Source: Amoebidium appalachense (taxonomy: Eukaryota > Protista > Ichthyosporea). Taken from it: a DNA stretch of 64,000 nt. The stretch spans positions 6,245,029 to 6,309,028 of the forward strand of contig CAVNZM010000016.1 of the NCBI GenBank assembly GCA_963693365.1, read 5' to 3'. This document shows positions 27,078 through 41,257 of the stretch, in pieces. Position numbers and translations under genes: made by a program. The notes beneath the pieces are model-generated. The model did not search any database and had not been told where the DNA came from. It was given only the letters and a program-made list of their open reading frames with translations. Position 1 is the stretch's first letter; the number at the start of each line of letters is the position of its first letter.

Positions 27078-27794
27078 ACACGCACACCACACACAACCAC
27101 CACCACCACCTCACACACACCTACATGTTGGTGACTTTTTATTTACGAATTTGCATCTCCATTGATCTGACAGCGTCAATTGACAGCCGGTGATACCCAT
27201 TTGACTGATGTCCCAACAGGACACGGGTTAACAGCTGATCGGATCACCAAAATTCCCGACTAGATGTGGTTAATTCAGGTTTTTAGGATGCATCCAGTTT
27301 TTATCGGCCACCAAAGTGACCAACACTTACATACACATGCACCAGAATTGTACAGTCATTATCCACTCCCTTCCTTACAGCCTGCTATGTCACTATCCAC
27401 TACACATAACGGTTACAATTACAAACACTAATACTGAATTTGTAAAATATAATAAAGACATGATTGGGTTTCTGGATAAACATAATTACTTCATCTAGCA
27501 TGATCGTGCATCTATTGTCACCACCCCCGCCCCTTCCCACCTTTTTTTGCTCTCTGCATGTGTTCCCCTGGAGGATAATAAATAAGGCAACTTTACAGAA
27601 TCTTAGTTTGTGTTATCCATATTAGCCTGTTGGGCATCTCCTATGGGGGGTCTATTTGCAATGTGTAAGTTTTCTCCTTGGGAGGGAAAGGGGAGGGGGG
27701 AGGGATCTATTGCGGTGAACGGCAAATTTCATGCGGTGGCCGTGGCGGGCTCAGATGCCTGTCGGGGGCTCCCCACGGACTCGTATCCGAACCT

Positions 27795-27847
<53 letters not shown>

Positions 27848-27904
27848 TCGTTAAATGACCAAGCACGCAGTACTCAACCACAACAATAATTAGAGCAAAA
27901 ACAA

Positions 27905-28676
27905 GGGCGTGTTTGGCAGCACAGTTATATCGTCTTTTCATCGTATTCGTCTTTTCGGCGTAAAGACGAATACGAATATGTGTCCTGCCAAACGCGCCAC
28001 AGGTTTCAATTAACGCTAAAGACGATGGACATCGCTCTAAATACGTATTTTCGAAAGTCACCTCCGGAGGTGATTTTCGAAAAGACGATTTAACTTTAAG
28101 CCAATCATAAGCGACATGAGCATCTTTTGGATCACTCTGATCCAATCCAATATTTGCACCGCAGTACACCTTTTATGGTTATTATGGTTTTCTATTGGTG
28201 GAAATCGGGTCAGTGTCTGTTCTTTTCCCCATAATGCTTTCTTACAACAGAAATAAATAAAAAATATTGTCATGTATACCAAAGTATCTAATTATTTATT
28301 TCCATATAAAACAGGGGGGGGGGGGGGGGGGGGATGTGCTGTTTATTATCGACATGTAGGTGAGCTGTGATGAGTTGTCGATATAAAACAGGGAAAAAAA
28401 AACACGCCCCAAATGGACTTTAATTACACTTCGAGGTAATAAATGTATTACACCACTTCGCCCAATCAAACATATGAAACATACACTTTTTGCATTCCCA
28501 TGATGAAACGTAAATATGATCGGGCGGGCTCAGCTTTCGTGTTTAGGCGTGTTTGGTACACCATAATCGTATTTCAGCCCTAAATACGCATACCACAACA
28601 TAATTTTATAAACACGATTGATCGTCTTTTTGCCATAAATACGAATACGCTTTTTGGGGGGCTGCCAAACACGCCC
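27905..28676. mobile_element. PIF/Harbinger (Tourist-like) MITE
   Basis: 16-bp TIRs GGGCGTGTTTGGCAGC / GCTGCCAAACACGCCC. Flanks CAA and TAA (TAA TSD with one mismatch). Homologous copy at 57045-58456. Confidence 0.8.
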
Positions 28677-28689
28677 TAAGGCTTTCGTG

Positions 28690-28732
<43 letters not shown>

Positions 28733-29056
28733 AAAAAAAGAAAAGAAAGAAAGAAAGAAGAGAGTGTGTTGTTCGTCGTTATAGTGCGTAGGAGTGTCGG
28801 GGCAAAGCGTGGCATGTGTCTGTTGTGTACTTGTCTCTCTGGACACCTTGATCTCTGTGTGCCCCCAATACACTTTCTTTTTTTTTTTTTTTTTTTGCTT
28901 GGGGCGGGGGGGGGGGGGGGGGGGGGGGGGGGGCAAGAATGTTTTTGTGTGGGCGCGCGTGCGCAAGCGTGTGTGTGAGTGCATGTATGCGCCTGTGCAA
29001 ATGCAAAAGTGCGTGTGTGCTTGCATGTACATGTGTGTGTCCGTGCCGCATGTGTT

Positions 29057-29467
29057 TTAAGGTACCGCCATTAGAATATCATACCTAGCAATGTATGCCG
29101 TGAAGACATCAAACAGATTTGAGCGCACATAGTCGTTATCCACCAGACACGTCAGATACCAAGTGTCACGGATAGATTCGATCACACCACGACTTGTGGT
29201 TCCCTCCTCGTAGAGATGGCCCCAGCGGTTCCACAGAGCGAACGCTTCGTCCTGTATGTGTGTGGACATGTGTGTACGTGTGTGTGGGTGTGTGTGCGTG
29301 CCTGTATGCGGTGTACGTATGGACGTGTGGCTTGTGAGTGGACTAGTGTGTGTGTACGTGTTTCTAAAAAAGAAAAGACGAAACTAAACCTAGGTAGGGA
29401 GAGTGGGGGCACAGAAAGAGGATTGCAAGGGGATTGTGTGGGAGAGGGTGTGTGTGTAGGTCTGTAA

Positions 29468-29501
<34 letters not shown>

Positions 29502-29924
29502 TGGGTGGAAGGGAGGGGGGTGTCAATCAACCATTCACTAATGGTAGTCACCGTTAACACACCACAGAATATCGGTGTAGTGTGTGGCCTCAGCTGCATA
29601 GGTCTAATCACATGGGATCATGTAATAAGCGGAAAAGAAATAAGAATCATCGGCCACGGATAGTGGTTCATCCACATCACTCTCCCTCTGTTTCCTTGTG
29701 CTGCAGGTAAACACAAAGAGGCAAACAACAAGACAACTGGACAGTAAGTAGAACACAAGACAGACAAAGCGGTTAAAGCAGATGTTTCCCCGGTGAGACT
29801 TCGTGTTTGGTAGGTGGGTAAGTGGGTGGTTGTGGTGGTTGTGGTAATGGTTGGGGGGGGGGGGGGGGCACGGCATACGGTAGAGTAAGTGTGAAAGGAG
29901 GGTGCGGAAGCAGATTCAGGAGGG

Positions 29925-30000
<76 letters not shown>

Positions 30001-30006
30001 GCCCCC

Positions 30007-30044
<38 letters not shown>

Positions 30045-30184
30045 ATCGAACCTTCCAGAATCGGAAGCTGACTGGGTCGACGACAGTAGGCTGGATGACT
30101 TCCTTATTAGGAAATACTCCCCAGGTGACGGCCATGGGGCTGTCTTTATCGATGCTGCGGCGCTCCTTACCCTGTGTGTGTGTT

Positions 30185-30264
<80 letters not shown>

Positions 30265-30637
30265 GACGTGTGTATGTGTGTGTGCACACGCGTGTGTGTG
30301 TGTATGCGTGCGAGCATGTGTTGGGGGCGGAAGAGAGGCTGTATGTCAATGAACCCGATCACGGGCGGGGCCGAACACAGTCATGTGTGTGGAGTCAAGG
30401 CCTCAGCTGCATAAGTCTAATCACATGGGATCATGTAATAAGCAGAAAAGAAATAGAAATCATCGGCCACATCCTCGAAGCCGTTCTCACCAAAAGTTAC
30501 CACTGCTCGGTCTCGCAATTTATGATCACTCGGCTCATAACTTGCGGAACTCGCAGTGCTAACTTTGGTGAACACGGCTTCTCGATTGCGTAACACCGGC
30601 CACATCCTGATTTACCCAAGCAAATCCCATTCATTTC

Positions 30638-30687
<50 letters not shown>

Positions 30688-31114
30688 CACACACACACAC
30701 ACACACACGCTTGTGCACATTTGTTCCAAATCAAGCTGGAAAATATCATCTCGTAGATGCATATGGAACACGGGGGGAGGGGGGGGGGGGGGGGGGGGGG
30801 GGGAGAAGAGAGAGGAAGACTCGTGCAGAGATCACGGGGTCGTAGGAAGGGGTGGAAGGGGAGAGAGGGGGGGAGGGGGGGAGCGGAGGAGGGGAGGCAA
30901 TTGTCTTACGGAGTACAAAGCACACACGGGAAGAGGTGAGGTGAGGGGAAGTGGGGGTATGGGTGTGTGTGTGTGTGGTGGTGGTGGGGGGAGGGGGGGG
31001 GGGGGGTGTTACTTACGGCCTTGTTCGTTGCAATGTATGTGACGTGGGGGAAGTCCTTGAGCACAAGAAGAAGGTTCTCGAGATTCTCAGGGCTGATAAA
31101 GAACTCGATGTATG

Positions 31115-31162
<48 letters not shown>

Positions 31163-32159
31163 CGCGCGTATGTGGATTGCCTCTGGAAGAGGGGGAAGGA
31201 GACAGGGGGGAGGGGGGGGGGGGGGGGGGGAGGGCTTGGAGTAGACGGTAAACGAAAAAGGTAACATCACAAGGGTGATGTGGGGCAGGGGTGGCCATCA
31301 TGGGAGGGAACAACTTTGAAAAGAGGGAGGGCGAGAGAAGAGATGGGAGGGACAGGGGGAGAAGAGATGGGAGTTGCGGAAGGTGACAGAAGAAAGAAAG
31401 GGAGGGAGGTGGAGAGAAGAGGGGCCACGAATGGTATATATGTTGTTAGTGGTGTACACGCTTACATCCATGTACAAGGACCAACCAGAATAGAGTATGT
31501 GTGGTGTGTGGCCTCAGCTGCATAGGTCTAATCACATGGGATCATGTAATAAGCGGAAAAGAAAGAGAAATCATCGGCCAGAGAGGGTGTTGGTGTGTGT
31601 GTGTGTTTATGTGTGTGTATGTGCGCGCGCGTGTCTGCGGGTGTGTGTGTGTGTGCGTGTGTGACATCAAAGGTATCGATGTATGACGCACGGCGCCATC
31701 CCACTAACACAAATGCCCGCGCAACCAAAAATCGGTCGGTAAAAGGAAATGCGCTCAGGTAAGTGTGGTTTCGCATAATAATGGAACCCCAAAACGGGGT
31801 TTTGCAAGTTTCCCGGCATTCAGACACCTGAATTTTTTTATGAAATCTCATTTTCCCAAAATGACGTCAAAGTGACGTCACACCTATATTTAGATACATA
31901 TGACTTCAGATTACTATTTTTAGTAACATGTTTGGGGCGCACAGACCTATGATACCGTGACCGCCTGTGTGGCACAGCGCTCAGTTCTGGGCTGAGAGCC
32001 ACGGAAATATTCGAATAGGTGAACCTAAACTTTGAGGCTTCGCCTAGACACTTCGCTCTCTTTTCAGTGATTTCACTATGAGGCCCCCTCTTGCCGAGGA
32101 CCCAAAGAGGCCTTTTTTTATGTGTGAGTGTGTTTGCGTGAGTGTGAATGAGTGGGTGA

Positions 32160-32220
<61 letters not shown>

Positions 32221-32233
32221 CGTATTTCCCCGG

Positions 32234-32276
<43 letters not shown>

Positions 32277-32463
32277 GTTTGTTAATTGGCAGACGACGAC
32301 TTGCTCATTTCAAAGTTTCCTGTCCACCGGAATATGTGTGTGTGTTGTTGTTTTTTGTGACGGTGTGGCTGTGTTTTGTGTGTGTCTGCATTTGCCTCTC
32401 TCTCTGTGTCTGGCCATGTGTGTGTGTGTGTGTGTGCGCGCGCGCGCGCACGCGTATTTCCCC

Positions 32464-32505
<42 letters not shown>

Positions 32506-32705
32506 ACGCGTATTTCCCCCGGGGGGGGGGGGGGGGGGAGGGGGTGGACTTTGTTTATTGGCAGACGAAGACTTGCTCATTTCAAAGTTTCCTGTCCACC
32601 GGAATATGTGTGTGTGTGTGTGTGTGTTGTTTTTTTTTGTTTGTGTGGCCGTGTTTTGTGTGTGTCTGCATTTGTCTCTCACTCTGTGTGTCTGTGTGTG
32701 TGCCA

Positions 32706-32742
<37 letters not shown>

Positions 32743-33959
32743 TGGTGGTGGTGGTGGTGGTGGGGGGGGGGGTGGGGGGGGAATGAATGCGCCTTCAATG
32801 TCTGATGCGTCTGACTCGAGCATCAGCTCAGCTAGAAGTGTGCCCTCTAGAAGTGTGTGTTCTGTGTGTGTGTCAGCCTTGCGTTGTGCTCGTTTGGCTT
32901 GGTTGGCTTTACCAGCCCTCTGCTTTTTCGTCCATCCCGTCATGATGCCGAGAGAACCATGTGTGTATTTTCTTTAAATTAAAAAACCAGTGTGGGGAGA
33001 TGTTTGTGTCGACAACAGGAAAAGAAAAAAAGGAAAAAGAAAAACGAAAACGTGCGCACACGAGTGGAAAAATGGCGCCGGATATATGCGATGGCTGGCG
33101 TCACAAGCGCACTGCCCCATAATTTAATTTTTAAGATGACTAGTGTCACTTAAAAATTTTAATATAGACTTTTAATTTTAAAGATCACTTAGGAGCCTAT
33201 CCGATATGTCTTTATCCAGGTCTCATTATTCGGGACCGATAGTAAACTTTGAACCCCTCTAACTTTTTTCAAAATGCTCGCCTCGACTTTGGACTAAGCA
33301 AACTTTGGAGAACACATGTCGGGCTATCGCATTTGCCTAATTTCAAGTCAATACCCCTAATTCCAAGGGGGCTCAATAATCTGGCGGCCGCTGGGCATTT
33401 GTGTTAGTGGGATCGCGACGTGCGTCATACTTCGATCAACACAAAACAACGTCACTGTATTTAAAAGTATCGTTAAGTTTAACCCACCAACCTGATTGGC
33501 TGTGAGCCACATACCTTCTGGTAGACGAATCCGCCATCACCGCCCCACCCATGGACCTTATCGTTGGAGCTCACACCGTTGACGGCCGGCTGACTGTTGA
33601 TGGTCAGAACACCATAGCGGTTGACCAGACGCAGGTGGTTGATGATCTGATTGGTTAATTAAAATGGTTAAAAATAAGAACTTAGTAGCGTATGGTCTGA
33701 TGGGTGCGTTATCATGTTGAAATTGAACTTATTTGTGAAGTACAACGGTAATGTATGGTCTGATGGTTGCAAGGGGATGCATTGTTTATTGTGTGTTATA
33801 ATTCTAGCATTAAGCGCCTAAGGTAGGATTTCTGAGGACACACGTTGTATCACAGTGCCAAACATAAGACAGACCCGTAAACAGCCAAAAAAAAGCATTT
33901 ACTCGGTGACATCAGAGGTGTGATCGGTGTGTGCCTTTATGTGCCTGAGTGTGCATGTG

Positions 33960-33992
<33 letters not shown>

Positions 33993-34037
33993 CTGTGTGC
34001 GCACACGCATGTGTGTAAAAAGATGGGGCGGGGTTGA

Positions 34038-34077
<40 letters not shown>

Positions 34078-34170
34078 AAGGGGAATCACCAAATCTGATT
34101 CGAGGGAGAGAGGGTCGTCGTTCCAGGGAAGCATCTGAACAACCGGGTCCTTTGACAAATAGCGCACAAA

Positions 34171-34215
<45 letters not shown>

Positions 34216-35023
34216 TGTGTGTGTGTGTGTGTATGCGCATGCATGCGACCGTGGGGAGGGGGGGGGGGGGGGGGGGGGGGGGGGAGGGGGGGGAGGGGGG
34301 GGGTTTTGAATGCGTCAAAAAGTACGAAGTACACAAGAACAAACGGATAACACGATGCAGAATGCAAGCCATACATAAAGAGTATGCATAATAAGCAGAG
34401 CCCATCCTCAGGGGGGGCCCACGTCATCCACAGTACCCGAGTTTCGACCTATTCCCCTCGTTAACGAAACCCAACTCAGATACTGTTTCACTTGAACATG
34501 AGTAGGTCACCCGTCTTGATCAGAGACGAGCAGGGTTGCTTATGCAGGCAAGGGCAGTGGGAAAGGCCGGGGGTTAAAGTTGCAGCAGTAAGCAGAAGCA
34601 AGAAAAATATAGATAGGAACTCAGGAGACGGGGCTTCTAGGAAGCTCCCCCGTCGATACCTAAGTCGATACTTCCCTGGCTAACATACTACACCAGCTGA
34701 AAAGAATTAAGTCCCGAAGGCCACAGAATTCGTAATCAGAGGGGAAAATATGAGATTTGACCCACGCCGAGGGGGGGGGGGGGGGGTTAAGTGCGTGAGT
34801 GCGCGTATTTTAGAATGAGAGGGGGGAAGAGCAAAGGTTTGTGATTCTAGTACCAACTGAATCATATGTGATACAAGAAGAAACACTAATGCATAAGGAT
34901 CGTGGGGGGGAAAAATGCAAAATACTACAGCCCAACGCAAGACATCTCCATCATCCGTTTTTTAAACATTTCATCTTGCGCTTGAAACCAAACTGAGACA
35001 CTGCTCGATTCAACACAAGTGAC

Positions 35024-35056
<33 letters not shown>

Positions 35057-35647
35057 GTGTGTGTGTATCTGTGTGTGTGTGTGGTGTGCGCACACACGTA
35101 CATGTGAGTGTGCATGGACCGACCGGTTTTTTTTTTTTTTTTTTTTTTTTCTCTCCCTGCAAGGTGGGGTTGGGGTGATTTATGCATGAGAAGGTGGCAA
35201 CAATTAAGGCAAACAATATTAAAAAACACAAAGACGAGGAGTGGCGCATGTGTGTGTGTGCGTGCGCTGGGAGGAATGGAAGGGGGGAGGGGGGGGTAGC
35301 GATCATACATCAGCAACATCAGCCCACGAGTTCAGACTCTGGCCCCAGCTAGCCAGTAGCTTCTCCTTGGGCACCTGGTGGCTGAATATGTGGTGGTTCT
35401 CAAGTTCACCATAGGCCGGACTGCTGCTGTCGCCCCACCGCCCGTTCGGGAACTCGTCCCATTCTTTCGTGCGCAGGAGATAGGACTTGGGCCGGATAGC
35501 CTGGGAAAAAAAAAAGGAGGAAGAGGGGGGAAGGGCAGGGGGGGGGGGGTAGCCCGTGTGTGTGTGTGTGTGCGCGCGCGCGTATGTGTGTGCGCGCGCG
35601 TGCGCATGCGCATGCGCATGTGTGTGTGTGTGTGTGTGTGTGTGTAT

Positions 35648-35709
<62 letters not shown>

Positions 35710-35876
35710 AGGGAGGGGGGTTGCCATGTCAATAAAACTGCGCAAGTACGAGGGAGCCTAGGCAAGAAAAGCGGCAGGTGGTGGCCGGGGAGGGGGGGGG
35801 GGGGGGGGGGGAAGGGGAGAAGATAGAGAGCAGTGTGAGCAGATGGGAGGGAGACAGAGTGAGCTTACCGGAGTGT

Positions 35877-35922
<46 letters not shown>

Positions 35923-36562
35923 ACTACAGTCCTAACATGTACACGGGAGGTAGTAAAGGGGAGGCAGAGCAGGATATTAAGGCTGCATGGGGACCTTCAG
36001 AAGAGGAGGAGGGGGGGGGGGGGGGGGGGAGCGTTGAATGCATAGGGGAGGTTCAATATGTCCGTCAAAGTGACGGCCAAGATTATGTTCTGTTTTAACA
36101 ACACACCGACCGTCATTTGCACAGACCATGGAGGGTATGTGTGTGTGTGTGTGTGTGTGAGTGCGTGGGTGTGTGGTATGGGAGGGGGAGGGGCACGGGG
36201 GGAGGGGGAGGGGTTGGCTCACCCAGAAGATTGGACGAACATCTTCGGAGGTACGACGGTGGTTGGAGGAGACCTTGCGCCTGATGGGATATAATAAAAG
36301 TTCAATGGAGATAATGATAAATTCAATAGAGAAAATTAATGTGTATGCATAGATAGTATAAGATAACCATATAATCAGTGGAGATAGCCACAAATTCAGT
36401 TGAAGTAATGGAACACGGGGGTTTACGTTGTTTCCTCGAGGCACAAGAGAGTCAGCAGATTTAATGATATATAGCGGAGGTAATTACATTTTTTGTGGAG
36501 ATACCCAGAGATTCAGTGGATATCCCTAGACTTTTGCCCCAAGTGTGTGGGTGTGTGTCAAG

Positions 36563-36654
<92 letters not shown>

Positions 36655-37748
36655 GAGTCTGTGCGCACGTGTGCTTCTTCTTCTTCTTCTTCTTTATTCT
36701 TTCTTTCTTTCTTTTCTTTTCTTTTTTTTTTTGGGGGGGGGGGGGGGGGGTAGGCAGAAGCAGTGACACAAGGCAAACAATCACCGAGAAGTCCAAGAAA
36801 GACAGATAACATTCTGTGAGATACAAAACGGTGGCAGATAACGGTTGGATAAAATATCTATCGGGGCACAGACAAAACAAAATGTGAGAATGCAAACCGC
36901 AGCCTCAACAGATTCTCGGGGGGAAGGTCCCGGGGGCGCCGGGGGGGGGGGGGGGGGGGGGGGGGGGAGGAGGTTCATACCAGGGCAGGCTGCGTTTTTT
37001 CTGTTTGTTTGGATCGTAGAGACCTGCACAGAACACATTGTCAGGTAAAGGGGTGGTGGGTGGGTCAGTGGTGGTGGTGGAGGGGGGGGGGGGGGGGGGG
37101 GGGGGTTGGTAAAGTCAACAACCCCACACACAAAGAAAGTGCAGGTTTGGTGATAGATCCATGACTGTCTATGAATGGTTATTGGCGGGGGAGAAGGGTG
37201 GGGAGCCACTAATCAACATGACCATTTGATGTGTGGGCTGGTGGGTAGGGCAGGGAAGCAGTGTGGGTGGAGAGAGTAGTGTGTGTGTGTGTGTTTGTGT
37301 GTGTGTTAGTTTCGTGGAGCGAGAGGGGAGAGAAGGGGGGGGGGGGGGGGGGGGGGGGGGGGTGTACCCAGGCGCTTGATGATTTCCATGCCGGCATATT
37401 CGCGGTTGAGTGTGTAGATGTGGATGCCTGGGGCAGCACCAGACTCAAGAACCTCCCTGGGTGCATTCGGTGTGAGCTAGGAGATAAACATAGAATAATA
37501 GTCGGGGGTAAACTAGGACAAAACATAGACTAACACTAGAGGTGAGCGAGGAGATAAACATAGAATAATAGTCGGGGTAAACTAGGACAAAACATTGACT
37601 ATGAGGTGAGTTAGGAGATAAACATAGAATAATAGTCGGGGTAAAATGGACAAAACATAGACTAACACTCAAGGTGAGCTAGGAGATGAACATTAGGCTA
37701 AACAAGCAAACACAACTGCAAACATGCCCTCTCTCTCTCTCTCTCTCT

Positions 37749-37779
<31 letters not shown>

Positions 37780-38117
37780 CCACCCGGCCCCCTTCTCTCT
37801 CTCTCCCCCCCCCCTCCCCCCCTCTCCACCCGGCCCCCTTCTCCTCGTGCTGGACATATCGTAATTCATGATGAACCACTCTACTTTGCACATGTCTGAC
37901 CATGCTTTACATATATACATGCCCTAGTATAGTACCTCCCTCCACATATTCACAAAAGTAATCACTCCGCTTCCTCCACCCCCACCTCCACAAACCTCTA
38001 CACACACACTTGAGGGGGAGAAAGGAGAAGAACTATCATCCCACCCACCACCCAAAAGGGTGAGAGAGGGAGGAAGGGGTGAGGGGACGGGGGAGGGGGG
38101 GGGGGGGGGGGGGGGGG

Positions 38118-38166
<49 letters not shown>

Positions 38167-38732
38167 GGGGGAGAGGGGTGGTGTGGTGGGGGCACACGAC
38201 CAAAAATACACAGAAAGCGGGAGAAAGAAAAAAACCCACCAACACAACCACTTACCAACATCTCCTCCCAATGATCAAATGAAAACCCAGCACAAAACCA
38301 CACACCTGCACATGTTTACACCCAGTTCCACCCCCGATTCTTTGATTGCACAATCACTGTTCTGCACAACCACCAACACACACACTGAGAAAAAAGAAGA
38401 GAACACACCACCCATTAAAAAAAATTAAAAACACCGAGAAATAGGCTCACGAACACTCCTCCCCCAATCAAAAACCAACATTAACCAACACACACCTGCA
38501 CATGTTAGCAGCCAGCTCCACGCCCAACTCTCTAATCGCACGATCATCGTCCTTAATCGCTTCGATCTTATCGACCATCCACTGGGGCATCACCACTTTG
38601 CTCAGCTTCGTGAGGTGCCGCAGACTTGAATATTCCTGGATCGGCAAGATCCCGGGCAGGATCGGACACGTGATCCCGAGCTTACGGCAATCGGCTACGT
38701 ATTTGATGAAGACCTCCGACTCAAGAAAGAGC

Positions 38733-38768
<36 letters not shown>

Positions 38769-38770
38769 GT

Positions 38771-38801
<31 letters not shown>

Positions 38802-39053
38802 GGGTAGGGATGTGTGTGCGTGTGCGTGTGCGTGTGCGCGCACGCGCGCGCGTGTGTGTGTGTGTGTAAAGGTGGTGGTGGTCGTGTGTGTGTGGGGGGG
38901 GTGGAGGGGGGGGGGGGGGGGGGGGGGTTAGAATGTGTTATAGAGTACCGCCCAGTCATGAAAGACATCACAATGCAGAGTGCAAACTACACACACAGTG
39001 TGCATAATAAGCAGAGCACATTCTCAGGGTGTGTCCAGGGTGGAGGGGAAGAC

Positions 39054-39138
<85 letters not shown>

Positions 39139-40241
39139 CATATAAAGTTAAACTCCCTAACTTATAAGTCCTGCAAAATTTATACTTAGAAGGGCACCTA
39201 CCTGGGTGATGATGAGGTCTGCCCCGGCATCAACCTTCTCCTTTAAGTACTTGAGGTCCTCCTCATATGTCGGCGAATCAGGATGCCCGTTTGGATAACC
39301 TAAACCCCAAGTTTGGTCAAAAACGAGGGAAGGCATGCTGAGCAAAAGGCATTATGGTAGTTTTATAACAACCTTATTACTATGGCCAATAAAAAAAAAA
39401 GCCCAGAGGAGGGGGGAGGGGGGGGGGGGGGGGGTATGCGTTAGAGGGTTGGAGATGTGGGGACAACAACAAAACGTCACAAAAATGAAGAACCCGAAAT
39501 CACAACACGTAGGTCTGCAGGCAGAAGACACTTGAACCGAGGGGGGGGGGGGGGGGGGGGGAGGGGGGGGGGGGGGGGGGAAGGGGAGAGGGGGGGGGGG
39601 GGGGAGGGGGGGGCTGTAACACATGTGTGAGCCAAGCGGTAACTTGAAAACCGGAACAAACCGTATGTTGTGTGGCATGCAAACATTGAACACAGAATCA
39701 TTGTATGAATGCATTGGTACTTTCATGTTCAGGCTTTCCCTTTTACTACAGGCACCGTTTTGCACACTCCCACTGTGTGGATGCATGTGCAAGCGTTTTC
39801 ACGCCAATTATACAGGTACTGTGTGCACATGTGCAGGAGGTACATTCCAGCACCTACCAGCAACGGCAATGCCAAAGAAGTCGCCAAACTCTTGCCTGAT
39901 ATGGCGCACAAGATCGGCCGCATAGGCAAAGCCATCTTTCACGGCCTTCCAGTCCTCACCAGGACGGGGGTCTGATTGGTCCAAACATTAGTGCCCAGTT
40001 TGTACAGTTTGTACAAGTAGATACATATGTACGCGCGTACAAACATCATGTGACATAGATGCACACACACACACACACAACACACACACACACACACACA
40101 CTACATCGACACATGCGCGTACAAACATGTGTGTGGCTTTTACTATGCTTGCATTTGTAAGTTGCATTGGGAGCTACAACAGCTGATTCGAAACCCATGT
40201 GCGCCCCCCCCCCCCCCCCCCCCCCCACACACACACAAACA

Positions 40242-40277
<36 letters not shown>

Positions 40278-40860
40278 CACACGCACACACACACACACAC
40301 ATGCGCATCCCCAGACACCAGCCCCCCTCCCCCTCCCCGCCCCCCCCCCCCCTTTCCCCCGCCCGCACGCCCCCTCCCTCCCCCCCCCCCCCCTTCTCTG
40401 TGTGTAGATGTGCATCTCCCCCGTCGTCTCTCTTTTTTCTCTACCTTCCCTCCCTCCGTCCTCCCATCTCTCTGCCGGTCACCCCTCCATCTCCCAATCC
40501 CCACTCCCCCCCCCTCCCCCCCCCCTCCCACCCACCCCCCTTTTCTCACTAACATCTTCACCCATCTCCCCAAGGACATTTCTTTTAGTTACACTACACA
40601 CAGCTAACCTCACACACGGTGTTCCCTTCCTTCTTGGGTAAAGAGGCTTTTTGAGGAAGCGCACAGGGGCAAGGGGGGGGGGGGGGGAGGGGGGAGGGGG
40701 TTATAGGGTAGGGGTAAGAAAGGGTGGGAGATGGGGGGCAGGGAGGAAGGGAGAGGGGAGAGAGAAAAGAGGAGAAGAGACAAAGAAGGAGGGAGGGGTG
40801 GAAGGGATGGAGGGAAAGAGAAGCACACACAATCACACCCACCCACACCCATCCCCCCCC

Positions 40861-40891
<31 letters not shown>

Positions 40892-40997
40892 ACACACACA
40901 CACCTCCCCTCAGGGCCAAAATGTTATGGATGCCGTTGTCCTTTGCAATCCGCAAGAACTCGGTGATTTGATCCTGCGGGCAGAAATACCAAGATTA

Positions 40998-41046
<49 letters not shown>

Positions 41047-41226
41047 GTGCACGTGGGCATGTCCCTCTGGGCTAATCAATGTCTCCGAGCTCTTTCCCAC
41101 CCACTCACGGGTGCCTCAAAAACACAACTCCATCAAAAAATTGCCATCAGACGTGCTTACCCCTCTCCCCCTCCCCCCCCAAAAAAGAAAGAAAGAAAAA
41201 AGGTTGTATAAAGGTTGTGTGTGTGT

Positions 41227-41257
<31 letters not shown>

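Noticed and set aside
30498-30606. Extra MTHFR exon (AG...GT bounded)
   Set aside because: The phase-0 reading hits TAG, and exons 13 and 14 already join colinearly with known MTHFRs.
37469-37695. CRISPR-like arrays (also 12436-12625 and 20790-21050)
   Set aside because: Contiguous tandem units without unique spacers, no cas genes, eukaryotic context.
37868-37905. ATGATGA...CTGA C/D-like motif on the plus strand
   Set aside because: Only ~35 nt between the boxes and antisense to the host gene.
39620-40200. Possible H/ACA snoRNAs in MTHFR introns 3-4 (similar candidates at about 54075-54155 in THG1)
   Set aside because: Short hairpins and ACA triplets exist, but I could not define H boxes or guide pockets, and ACA is ubiquitous here.
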